Source: a virus
Taxonomy: Duplodnaviria; Caudoviricetes
Strand: one strand, 5' to 3'
Length of the DNA stretch: 59,731 nt
Virus record (IMG/VR): IMGVR_UViG_3300010401_000039
Coordinates: 1 to 59,731 of that record
Notes under the pieces: generated by a model
Told to the model about the DNA's origin: nothing
Databases searched by the model: none
The model's input: the letters and a program-made list of their open reading frames with translations, nothing else
Part shown: piece after piece, positions 16,926-24,248 of the stretch
Layout of the letters: every line of letters starts with the position of its first letter
Position numbering within the stretch: the stretch's first letter is position 1
Translations under genes and position numbers: made by a program

Positions 16926-17579
16926 ATGCAAACCAACGAAACCCAAGCCCCGTCAACATCCACGCCAGCAACCGCTCAAACCGTTGTGCTCCTCAGCAAA
17001 GAGCATGACATTACCGCGTTTGCGTCAGATGATCCCAGTCGCTTTGTCATTCAAGGTATCCACTACAACGCGACGGCTGGCTGTGTCGAAGCAACCAACG
17101 GCAGGCAGCTTATTCGCGTGCCTGTCGAGCGGTCTGAGGACTTCCCGCCAGTGCCAGGTGCGTTTACGCCTGCTTCTGACGTGATTATCCCATCAGCGCC
17201 GTATAAAAAGGCGCTGGCTGGCATTCCCCGGTCAAAGACATTGCCGATCATTGAGAACGTCGCCTTGTCCGCCGTCAACGGCTCGAAGGTGCGACTGACA
17301 ACCAATGACTTAGACAACGAGAACAGCGTAGTTGCCAAGGCCATCGAAGGCAATTACCCCCGGCTGGACCTTGTTATTCCCACAAAACCGCCCGTGTTCA
17401 CAATCGCCTTGTCAGCTTACGAACTGCGAATCATCGCCGACTACTTCGCCCGGCACAGCGACGCCACAGCCGCCGTTACCTTCCAATTCACTGCCGACAC
17501 CGAACCCGTTCGCTTCGCTGGCACCTTGGCCAGCGGCAAACGCGCTACTGGCGTGCTCATGCCGTGCCCCCTAACCTAA
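16926..17579 (+). CDS. DNA polymerase III beta-clamp-like protein (short, 217 aa)
   Basis: SRFVIQGIH...VEATNGRQL...IEGNYPRLDLVIP...GVLMPC match beta-clamp domain 2/3 motifs. Confidence 0.7.
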   Translation: MQTNETQAPSTSTPATAQTVVLLSKEHDITAFASDDPSRFVIQGIHYNATAGCVEATNGRQLIRVPVERSEDFPPVPGAFTPASDVIIPSAPYKKALAGIPRSKTLPIIENVALSAVNGSKVRLTTNDLDNENSVVAKAIEGNYPRLDLVIPTKPPVFTIALSAYELRIIADYFARHSDATAAVTFQFTADTEPVRFAGTLASGKRATGVLMPCPLT

Positions 17580-17628
17580 TTGTCAACGCCAATAGTTGAC
17601 AGGCGTAATGGGCCGTGTATATTCGCCT

Positions 17629-17730
17629 TGTGAACGTCGAACCTCACAGCAACTCAAAACCACCTTGCCGCGCGCTCTCGCGTCCAATGCCCGCACCGGG
17701 CAACGGGTTCGACCGCCAGAGTTGCGCGGC
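17629..17730 (+). ncRNA. Pseudoknotted 5'-leader RNA motif, copy 3
   Basis: P1 TGTGA[ACGTCGAACC]TCACA. P2 GCCGCGCGCTCT/AGAGTTGCGCGGC. P3 TGCCCG/CGGGCA. Loop complement GGTTCGAC. Promoter TTGACA(17596)-16-TATATT. Confidence 0.78.
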
Positions 17731-17742
17731 TTTAAGGACAGT

Positions 17743-18102
17743 ATGAACATGAACCAAGCGGAAATTGAGTGGGCGGCTAGCGTCCATCACGAGTGCCCGA
17801 ATGTAAGGCGCGGGCTTCGATTGCTCTTAGCCTTAGTCGAATCAGTGAACGAACAGTCTGACGGATGGGCTTACTGGTCTGCCCCGTCCCATGCCAGCGA
17901 CAAGTTGCAGCGGCTTCTCCAATCCACCGGGAACCTCTACCACGGCACGCACGGCAGCATCACGGATGACCAGCTCAGGAAGGCGATAAGCCCAATCCGC
18001 GCAATGGTGACACGGCAGCGGGTGATTCAGGCCCGACACGGGAACAAGTTCGACTTCGATGTTGACGCTGCACTCGCCCAATCTCAATCCATCCCCCTAT
18101 GA
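17743..18102 (+). CDS. Hypothetical protein
   Basis: First ATG after leader copy 3. NEQSDGWAYW. Confidence 0.65.
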   Translation: MNMNQAEIEWAASVHHECPNVRRGLRLLLALVESVNEQSDGWAYWSAPSHASDKLQRLLQSTGNLYHGTHGSITDDQLRKAISPIRAMVTRQRVIQARHGNKFDFDVDAALAQSQSIPL

Positions 18103-18359
18103 ACAATCAAACTCAAACGCCTTTCCCGACAACCTTGGATTGGATGAAAGAACAGGCTAAATGGCGGCTCATCACTCTTGACGATGGCTCGCTCTGGCTT
18201 ACAAACGGCACTGACGGTTACAATCCAGCCGTCATGCTTGAGCAATACAAACAAGCCCTTGACCGACTCGCGCAAATCATTGCATTCGGCGCAACGGTGC
18301 TAAAACCCGCTTCTCGCCAGTGGAGGAAGGCACCATGCGTGACCTTGAATTGGCAATAA
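18099..18359 (+). CDS. Hypothetical protein
   Basis: Coupled ORF. Confidence 0.5.
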   Translation: MNNQTQTPFPTTLDWMKEQAKWRLITLDDGSLWLTNGTDGYNPAVMLEQYKQALDRLAQIIAFGATVLKPASRQWRKAPCVTLNWQ

Positions 18360-18380
18360 CCAAAGCCACGGGAGGTTCCA

Positions 18381-18581
18381 ATGACTCTTGACTCGCTCAA
18401 GGACCGCTACAACGGCGCAACCTACCACGAACGGCATCAAATGATCAAAAACGCCAGCCAAGTCGCAATGAAAGCAATGGGCGATTGGCGCGATGGTCTC
18501 ATCACCGTTGCCCAACGCGAGTCTCGCCGTGCCGCGTACTTCGCCTTGCTCGAACTCCGCAATAACATCGAAAAGGAATAA
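18381..18581 (+). CDS. Hypothetical protein
   Basis: GGAGG upstream. Operon packing. Confidence 0.55.
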   Translation: MTLDSLKDRYNGATYHERHQMIKNASQVAMKAMGDWRDGLITVAQRESRRAAYFALLELRNNIEKE

Positions 18582-18584
18582 TCC

Positions 18585-18941
18585 ATGAATGCTCAACACA
18601 CATCAGGCCCGTGGCGAGTGCATGACAAACATGTTCGGTACACGCTGATTCTGGCTGGCCCGGATGAATCCGCTAAAAGTATTGTGCTGGCCGAAGTGCG
18701 GGATAATGACTCGCGTCTTGCAACTGGCGAAGCTAAAGCCAACGCCAAGCTCATAGCGACTGCGCCCGATCTTCTAATCGCTTGCCAAATGATTCGTGCG
18801 TCGAGTTCGGCTGACTTCAAATCGTCGTTGCTTTGGGGGCAATGGTGCCGTGATATTGCCATTGCTGCCTTGAACGGTGACACCGAACTCTTGGCCCGTT
18901 GCAAGTCTTGGGCCAGGTTGATGGCTAAGGTCAAAGGATGA
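18585..18941 (+). CDS. Phage protein with HT.GPW...ANA.LIA.APDLL motif
   Basis: HTSGPWRV...ANAKLIATAPDLL, a common early-gene family. Confidence 0.75.
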   Translation: MNAQHTSGPWRVHDKHVRYTLILAGPDESAKSIVLAEVRDNDSRLATGEAKANAKLIATAPDLLIACQMIRASSSADFKSSLLWGQWCRDIAIAALNGDTELLARCKSWARLMAKVKG

Positions 18942-19168
18942 AATCGTTCAGGCTATCCTCTCGCACCCAAGCCAAGCACGAAGCCCAGCTCGCTAACATG
19001 CTGTTCGGCTTTTACATGGACAAAGCCGTCAATCGCATTGGCACAACTGGCTGGGAAGCCATTAAAGGCGATTTGACCGCAGGTCTCGCTCGCACCATTG
19101 CCAGCGGCTCAACCGAGGGCAATATCCTCGCCAAAATGCACGGTGTTCCGCCTGCCGCTGCCAGCTAA
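18938..19168 (+). CDS. Hypothetical protein
   Basis: Coupled ORF. Confidence 0.55.
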   Translation: MKSFRLSSRTQAKHEAQLANMLFGFYMDKAVNRIGTTGWEAIKGDLTAGLARTIASGSTEGNILAKMHGVPPAAAS

Positions 19169-19194
19169 CGCCCGTCACGCTGGGCCTTTATACC

Positions 19195-19380
19195 ATGAAC
19201 GCTACTGCAAAAAACGGCGACACTTGGACGGGCGAAAAGCAAGACGGCTTTTGGCTTTACCGAGACGCGAACGGCAACCTTTACGAGTCGAATGAGGTTC
19301 CCGCTTATCGCATTACAATGGACAATGCCACGCAAACGACGGTGCGCGGCAAACGAACCATAACCCAATTGCTGCCATGA
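19195..19380 (+). CDS. Hypothetical protein
   Basis: Operon packing. Confidence 0.5.
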   Translation: MNATAKNGDTWTGEKQDGFWLYRDANGNLYESNEVPAYRITMDNATQTTVRGKRTITQLLP

Positions 19381-19649
19381 GAATCGGCGATAAGGTCTGG
19401 CTAATCACAAGCAGTCTTGCCGAGGGCACTGTCACGGAGGTCCATGCCGACTTTGTAAAAGTTGCCCTCAACGACGGCAACGAAATCGCACTCCCGCCAG
19501 CCTCTGTATTTGACAACCCGCACATGGCGTTTGCGGCATGCGTTCAATGCCAACATTATTATTGGCGACGACAGGCGGAAAAGCCGGTGGACGTAATCTG
19601 CGCCAGTGATCCCGATCATCCCCAGCATCCCAGCTATCCTCGCCATTGA
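19377..19649 (+). CDS. KOW/SH3-like hypothetical protein
   Basis: MRIGDKVW...GTVTEV...VKVALNDG. Confidence 0.55.
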   Translation: MRIGDKVWLITSSLAEGTVTEVHADFVKVALNDGNEIALPPASVFDNPHMAFAACVQCQHYYWRRQAEKPVDVICASDPDHPQHPSYPRH

Positions 19650-19682
19650 CGCCCCTCCCTCCCTTGGCGTATCGTCCGCCCA

Positions 19683-20024
19683 ATGAGCGCCGTTGCCGAA
19701 TGCGTAGCTGATCCGCCCGCCTTGCGTCCATCCAGACCGCCCGGCCCGCGCTCTGGCGTCCATCGCCTCTCCGCACTCACTCAAGCCATGGACCTGAAAG
19801 ACGTTGCCTACCGCGATGGCACGGCCGACTCAACCCCCGTTCATATCAAAGCCGCCCTAATGCGTGCTTGGGTTGACCTGCAAGAAATGGCGATGGCATT
19901 GCGCGGCCAGGGTAAGCCGAAACCAGTCGAGGCGCGCAACGCGACACCCAAGCGCAAGCGTGAAAGTGTCGCGCCAATCGCGCCAGCAAGCGCGTCCACG
20001 AACGCAGTTGACAAGAGCGCGTGA
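19683..20024 (+). CDS. Hypothetical protein (weak candidate for small terminase)
   Basis: Own leaderless promoter TTGACG(19646)..TATCGT. Helical core with a basic tail. Confidence 0.5.
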   Translation: MSAVAECVADPPALRPSRPPGPRSGVHRLSALTQAMDLKDVAYRDGTADSTPVHIKAALMRAWVDLQEMAMALRGQGKPKPVEARNATPKRKRESVAPIAPASASTNAVDKSA

Positions 20025-20040
20025 TAGTGTAGGCTACGGG

Positions 20041-20144
20041 CGTCGAAGGTCAAAGTTCGATGAACCGTCACGCAAAATTTGCCGCTGATCTGTGCGCCTC
20101 ACTGAGCGCCCGCTCCGTGAACTTTGACCGCGCGGGTCGGCGGC
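20041..20144 (+). ncRNA. Pseudoknotted 5'-leader RNA motif, copy 4
   Basis: P1 CGTCGAA[GGTCAAAG]TTCGATG. P2 GCCGCTGATCTGTGC/GCGCGGGTCGGCGGC. Loop complement CTTTGACC. Promoter TTGACA(20008)-16-TAGGCT. Confidence 0.78.
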
Positions 20145-20156
20145 TTCCTTCATTAT

Positions 20157-20492
20157 ATGAACCCACACAATACGGACGTTCACTCGATTCGCTACAGCGA
20201 CGAAGTGAAACGTGAAGCCGTGGCGCGATTGCGAAACGGCGAGAGTTACAAAGCGGTCGCAGCGTCCATCGGTTGCCACACCAGCAACCTCTCAATATGG
20301 AAGCGCAACGTCGAAGGCACAACGCCAGTGAAACGCGCTCACGGTTGCCCACATTGCGCGGACCTTATCGCGGCGTTGCGCCTGGTGCTCGCAAGCGCCG
20401 ATGGCTCGCACGCGCTCCGGGCCAGCGTTAATCAAATCGCGGAGCAGGCCATTGCTCGCGCCACACACAGCGACAAGGAGGCTGCGTTATGA
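20157..20492 (+). CDS. HTH DNA-binding protein (transposase-type HTH, no catalytic domain)
   Basis: RYSDEVKREAVARLRNGESYKAVAASIGCHTSNLSIWKR. Confidence 0.7.
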   Translation: MNPHNTDVHSIRYSDEVKREAVARLRNGESYKAVAASIGCHTSNLSIWKRNVEGTTPVKRAHGCPHCADLIAALRLVLASADGSHALRASVNQIAEQAIARATHSDKEAAL

Positions 20493-20788
20493 ACGCCGCG
20501 TTAATAGAGATTGGCCCGAACCTGGTCGCTGCGCTCAATGAGCTGTATCCTGAATCGTCGCCGGTTGAGCAAATAGAGTTGCTGCTGTGTGAACACGATT
20601 TGCAGGCGCAAGCCGAAGTCACGGCCCTGCGCGCCGAACTATCCGCGCTCGCCGCAAAACTAGACGCGACGCGCGCCGCTTGTGAAGCGGTGTTAGCGTT
20701 CTCGCGCACCTACGACAATCTGCTAGGCCACATACCCAACGCCGACCAGACTCGCCTTGTGCGGCAACTGCGCGCCGCCCTCGCCTAA
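20489..20788 (+). CDS. Coiled-coil hypothetical protein
   Basis: Coupled ORF. Confidence 0.6.
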   Translation: MNAALIEIGPNLVAALNELYPESSPVEQIELLLCEHDLQAQAEVTALRAELSALAAKLDATRAACEAVLAFSRTYDNLLGHIPNADQTRLVRQLRAALA

Positions 20789-20808
20789 CCCTCACCGCTA
20801 CCATCACG

Positions 20809-20838
20809 CCCGGCCCGTTCACGCGCGCCGGGTTTTTT
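20809..20838 (+). terminator. Intrinsic terminator
   Basis: CCCGGC...GCCGGG followed by TTTTTT at the end of the rightward early block. Confidence 0.65.
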
Positions 20839-21048
20839 ATGCCCGTGTACTTGTACCGCTTCGCCCGCCGATTGCGGCTCGCGCCGCATCGACGTTCTCC
20901 GCTATGGCAGGCGCACGCTGCGACCCGCCCAGCGCCGGGCAGGCGGCAAAAAAGAGAGCCTAGGTTGCTTTGTCCGCACGACCGTCCCCGCACCGTCCGG
21001 GTGGCATGGGCGCAGGTGGGCGAGATGCGTCGCGTTGGGACTCCGGCT

Positions 21049-21186
21049 TTAGCTGGGGCGGCGTCTGGGGAAGCGGGTGCGGCGGACGAGTTTTAGCCAC
21101 GGGTCGGTGCGCTGGGCGATGAGGGCAACGTCGAGCGGTGCGGTGTACGTACTATAGGCTGGCTTGCGGCGGGGCTTGCGTTTCAT
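21049..21186 (-). CDS. Small basic protein (45 aa)
   Basis: ATGA-coupled to the stop at 21183. Confidence 0.35.
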   Translation of the reverse strand: MKRKPRRKPAYSTYTAPLDVALIAQRTDPWLKLVRRTRFPRRRPS

Positions 21187-21599
21187 GGGGCGGGCGGAGC
21201 GGCGACGTTCTGGGCCGCGATACGGTCAATAGCGGCTTGGACGACGGAGACGCGGAGGTTGGTGCGGACGGCGATGGAGGCAGGGGAGCGGCCTTTGGCG
21301 AGGTGATGGGCGATTTCGCGGTCGAAGCCCAAGCGGGCGGTACGGCTAAAGGTGCGGGCAGCAGCGCGGCCGCGAAGCCGTTTATTGGTTTGGCGTTTGT
21401 GATAGCTGTTGCGGTTGGAGTCAAGAACGCGTTGGTAATTGTCGCCGGTGGCCCGCCAGTGGGCGTTAGCGGCGACCTTTTTAAGGCGGGCCTCGGGATG
21501 GGTGGCGTAATGTTGGCGTTGGTAACACGCGCCGCACAGTCCCTTGGCCCTCACAGGGCGACCGCATTGCGGCGTGGCGCACAGCTTCGCGGCAGGCAT
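21183..21599 (-). CDS. Zn-finger + HTH protein (possible transcriptional regulator)
   Basis: CATPQC...AKGLCGACY and IAHHLAKGRSPASIAVRTNL. Confidence 0.6.
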   Translation of the reverse strand: MPAAKLCATPQCGRPVRAKGLCGACYQRQHYATHPEARLKKVAANAHWRATGDNYQRVLDSNRNSYHKRQTNKRLRGRAAARTFSRTARLGFDREIAHHLAKGRSPASIAVRTNLRVSVVQAAIDRIAAQNVAAPPAP

Positions 21600-21613
21600 G
21601 TCAGAGGGAGGCG

Positions 21614-21904
21614 TCAAGGGACGGGCGCATCGGAACGCAGGCGCGTTCCAGACGGGGCGTGGGGGTGGGGTAAATCTTTCATGCAAATGGCACAGCGATA
21701 AAAGGTCACCAACTTAATCCTTAATGGGTGGACGCGGTTCACGCTGCCAACTTCTTCTGGTACGCACTTGTGCGTCTTGTCTTTAGCGTAAATTCGGCGC
21801 AACGTCGCTTCGTGTCGTCGCATCTCGCGCCAGTATGCTTTGAATGTCTTTCCGCATGTGCGGTTGATGAGCGCTTCAACGTTCTTGTAATGGGTGCGGT
21901 TCAT
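21614..21904 (-). CDS. Hypothetical protein
   Basis: Coupled. HKC...YRCAIC. Confidence 0.5.
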   Translation of the reverse strand: MNRTHYKNVEALINRTCGKTFKAYWREMRRHEATLRRIYAKDKTHKCVPEEVGSVNRVHPLRIKLVTFYRCAICMKDLPHPHAPSGTRLRSDAPVP

Positions 21905-22269
21905 GGGTCGGGCGGCACGGGACGGGAGGGCGTTGCGGGCGGTGGGGGCACGCTGACACAGGCGTGCTCAATGGGGAACAGCGGGCCGCCGCACTTACCG
22001 CATCGGCCTCGGTTGAAATGGCGGAGGTCGGCTTCGAGTGTCGTTGTGCGCTTGCCGCATGACGCGCATTCTACGGTTTCGTCGGACGACGTGGCGGACT
22101 CATCGGAGCACGGCGGTGCTCCGGCTAGGGCGGCGTCAATGAGTGCGAGCGCGTCGGTAGTCGCGTTGCGATGGCGGGTGTAGGCTGGACTGCTGGTGCC
22201 TGTGCGGAACGTTTCGAGGAGCGGGTTGGAGCGCCCGCGCTCCGAGGCGGTCGTGTGTGGCGTGCTCAT
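21901..22269 (-). CDS. Zn-ribbon hypothetical protein
   Basis: CASCG...CGKCGG. Confidence 0.55.
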   Translation of the reverse strand: MSTPHTTASERGRSNPLLETFRTGTSSPAYTRHRNATTDALALIDAALAGAPPCSDESATSSDETVECASCGKRTTTLEADLRHFNRGRCGKCGGPLFPIEHACVSVPPPPATPSRPVPPDP

Positions 22270-22445
22270 GGGCATGGCTTGGCGGGTGTCGGCGAAGGCG
22301 CTTTTGGCGAAGGGATTCTCATGGCTTGCGACCATTCAAATTCACTGGCGCATTCGGCGCAGGTCACTCTGTTGTCCGGCGATTGGTCGGCGGGAGCGAA
22401 GTTATGCGCTCCGCACTTGCACCACCAGTAAAGCTGTTTGCTCAT
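22266..22445 (-). CDS. Small Zn-ribbon protein (59 aa)
   Basis: MSKQLYWWCKCG...TCAEC. ATGA-coupled at both ends. Confidence 0.5.
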   Translation of the reverse strand: MSKQLYWWCKCGAHNFAPADQSPDNRVTCAECASEFEWSQAMRIPSPKAPSPTPAKPCP

Positions 22446-22636
22446 GCCGTCTCCTTCAGTTCATCGCGCCAATTGCCCGCCAGCCCTTCGCCGTGCTCGC
22501 GACACACAGGCATCGCCTCGGGCTTGTGCCAAGGCAACGGGCGTGGCGTCCAAGTATGTGTAGCAGGTCGCCCGCAGCGCGGCCAGCCGCCGTCGCGCTT
22601 CGCCGCGTCGAACAGGATGAATTGGCAGGTGGTCAT
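22442..22636 (-). CDS. Small Cys/His protein
   Basis: CQF...CGRPATH...VCREH. Coupled. Confidence 0.5.
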   Translation of the reverse strand: MTTCQFILFDAAKRDGGWPRCGRPATHTWTPRPLPWHKPEAMPVCREHGEGLAGNWRDELKETA

Positions 22637-22842
22637 GGCGATCCTTCCTTGCCCGCGGCGCTGCGACCCGCCTGGGCCTCGCAGAATCGGTGCGCTTCGC
22701 ACCAGAGCGCGTGGGCAACCCCAACGGCGCGCTTGCAGGATTTCTCCGTCCACTCCGTTTCGCTGGACAGCAACGGCGCTGCAATCAACGCAAGCTCGGT
22801 TGGCGTGGGTTGTGGTGCGTGGATGATGGCTTCGTCGCTCAC
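22633..22842 (-). CDS. Hypothetical protein
   Basis: GTGA-coupled. Confidence 0.45.
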   Translation of the reverse strand: MSDEAIIHAPQPTPTELALIAAPLLSSETEWTEKSCKRAVGVAHALWCEAHRFCEAQAGRSAAGKEGSP

Positions 22843-23192
22843 GCGGCCTCCTTCAACCCCGCAGCGCGAAGCAGGATGCGGCGTAATCGACGGTGCTTCC
22901 ACGGGTAAATGGAGTCTGAAAAGCTTTCTTGCGAATCGGCTGCACACATTATAGGCGTTGCCCAATACCCCAGGCCCATCTGCGTTGCTGCCGCTATAGC
23001 TCTATTGCCCGACGACCCCAAATATCCTCCCACAAATGTCAGTGGGCACTGATCGCCATGCCGAATTTCCTCGCAGCCCAGTCGCCACCCCGTCCCCTTA
23101 CGCATCGCCCGCGTCAACGCTCGCATTTTGCGAAAGAGGCTCGCCTGCCGCAGCACAGCAGCGTCGTCGCCTTTCAACATCATGTCGTTCAT
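22839..23192 (-). CDS. Hypothetical protein
   Basis: Coupled ORF. Confidence 0.55.
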   Translation of the reverse strand: MNDMMLKGDDAAVLRQASLFRKMRALTRAMRKGTGWRLGCEEIRHGDQCPLTFVGGYLGSSGNRAIAAATQMGLGYWATPIMCAADSQESFSDSIYPWKHRRLRRILLRAAGLKEAA

Positions 23193-23458
23193 TGCTCGCT
23201 CTCCTTTCGCGACGCGCCTCGCGACGCCGCCGCCTCGTTAACCGCCGCCTTGTAAGCTTCCACCACCACCTCGGTCCACCGTTGCCTGCCCCGCTCCAGG
23301 TTGCTCACATGGGTCGCCGACTTTCCCAGTGCCCGCGCCACTGCCCGCAGCGACACGCCCATCTCCTCACGATACGCCCTCAACCCCATGCCCACCTCGC
23401 GCGGATCAGCCAGCTTGCCCGTCCCACCGCACCGCTTGCAGGGTATCGTTTGGTTCAT
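23189..23458 (-). CDS. Zn-knuckle + XRE HTH regulator
   Basis: CKRCGGTG then LRAYREEMGVSLRAVARALGKSATHVSNLERG. Confidence 0.85.
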   Translation of the reverse strand: MNQTIPCKRCGGTGKLADPREVGMGLRAYREEMGVSLRAVARALGKSATHVSNLERGRQRWTEVVVEAYKAAVNEAAASRGASRKESEQ

Positions 23459-23466
23459 AGCGTCGC

Positions 23467-23652
23467 TTATTTAGGCCGCAGTTGCTTTACCGGAATCACA
23501 AACGGATAGCACCCTTTTCGCCGCACCATCGCATATCCCTCTGCCACCGACATCACACGCGCCGTCTCCTCATAGTGCGCCCTCACGGCAAGCATCACGG
23601 ACCCGACTCTAATGCCACCCGTCACTGTGCTTGCTCGTTTACCTTTGCCCAT
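23467..23652 (-). CDS. Hypothetical protein
   Basis: Leaderless promoter TTGACA..TAGAGT on the minus strand just upstream. Confidence 0.5.
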   Translation of the reverse strand: MGKGKRASTVTGGIRVGSVMLAVRAHYEETARVMSVAEGYAMVRRKGCYPFVIPVKQLRPK

Positions 23653-23741
23653 GCCGCCCACTCTACGCCTCGCCCCGTCTGTGTGTCAAGTGCCGCGCTT
23701 TACACCTTGACACCCGCCCAGTTCGCGCCCCACAGTGCCGC

Positions 23742-24083
23742 GTGTTCACCGTTTACGTCCTGTCGCTGCTCTACATTGACGGTTATTACGTCGGCTTCAG
23801 TTCCAACTTTCCGCGCCGACTCACCCAGCACATCCTTGGCGAAGGCGCGAACGTCACCAAGGAATTTGGCGTGTGCTCCATTATGCACACCGAACCCGCG
23901 CCTGACGCTCCCTCAGCCATTGCTCGGGAAGGCCAACTTACCCGCCTCCTACGCCAACAGGGTGCCATTGCTTGGGGCGGCTCGCTCGCCACCACGAAGC
24001 CAAGACTGAAGAACTTCTTGCACCGCGCATCGCGTATCATCGACCCGAACGCGCCGGAGCGAAGCAGGCCAAGAATATCGTAG
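23742..24083 (+). CDS. Stand-alone GIY-YIG nuclease
   Basis: FTVYVL...YYVGFSSNFPRRLTQH...G...T...AIAREGQL. Confidence 0.8.
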   Translation: MFTVYVLSLLYIDGYYVGFSSNFPRRLTQHILGEGANVTKEFGVCSIMHTEPAPDAPSAIAREGQLTRLLRQQGAIAWGGSLATTKPRLKNFLHRASRIIDPNAPERSRPRIS

Positions 24084-24180
24084 CAATTCCGGCCGTAGCG
24101 TGCGGTGCGCGAAGCGCATGGCGAAGCCAAGCACGCGGAGGCTTGTCCAGCGAAGCACGCGGACCCCTCCCAGCGAACCA
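24059..24180. repeat. Cluster of GCGAAGC mini-hairpins and short direct repeats
   Basis: GCGAAGC at 24059, 24109, 24121 and 24150. AAGCACGCGGA occurs twice. Confidence 0.6.
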
Positions 24181-24248
24181 TATCGTCGCCTGCGCGTATA
24201 TACAGTACGTACAATAGGCGACTTAAAAACGCCGCACCTGCCGTGGGA

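Noticed and set aside
17700-17716. tRNA (GGTTCGA T-loop)
   Set aside because: No cloverleaf. The sequence is the anti-loop strand of leader copy 3.
20157-20492. IS3-family transposon
   Set aside because: Only an HTH is present. There is no DDE ORF, terminal inverted repeats or target duplication.
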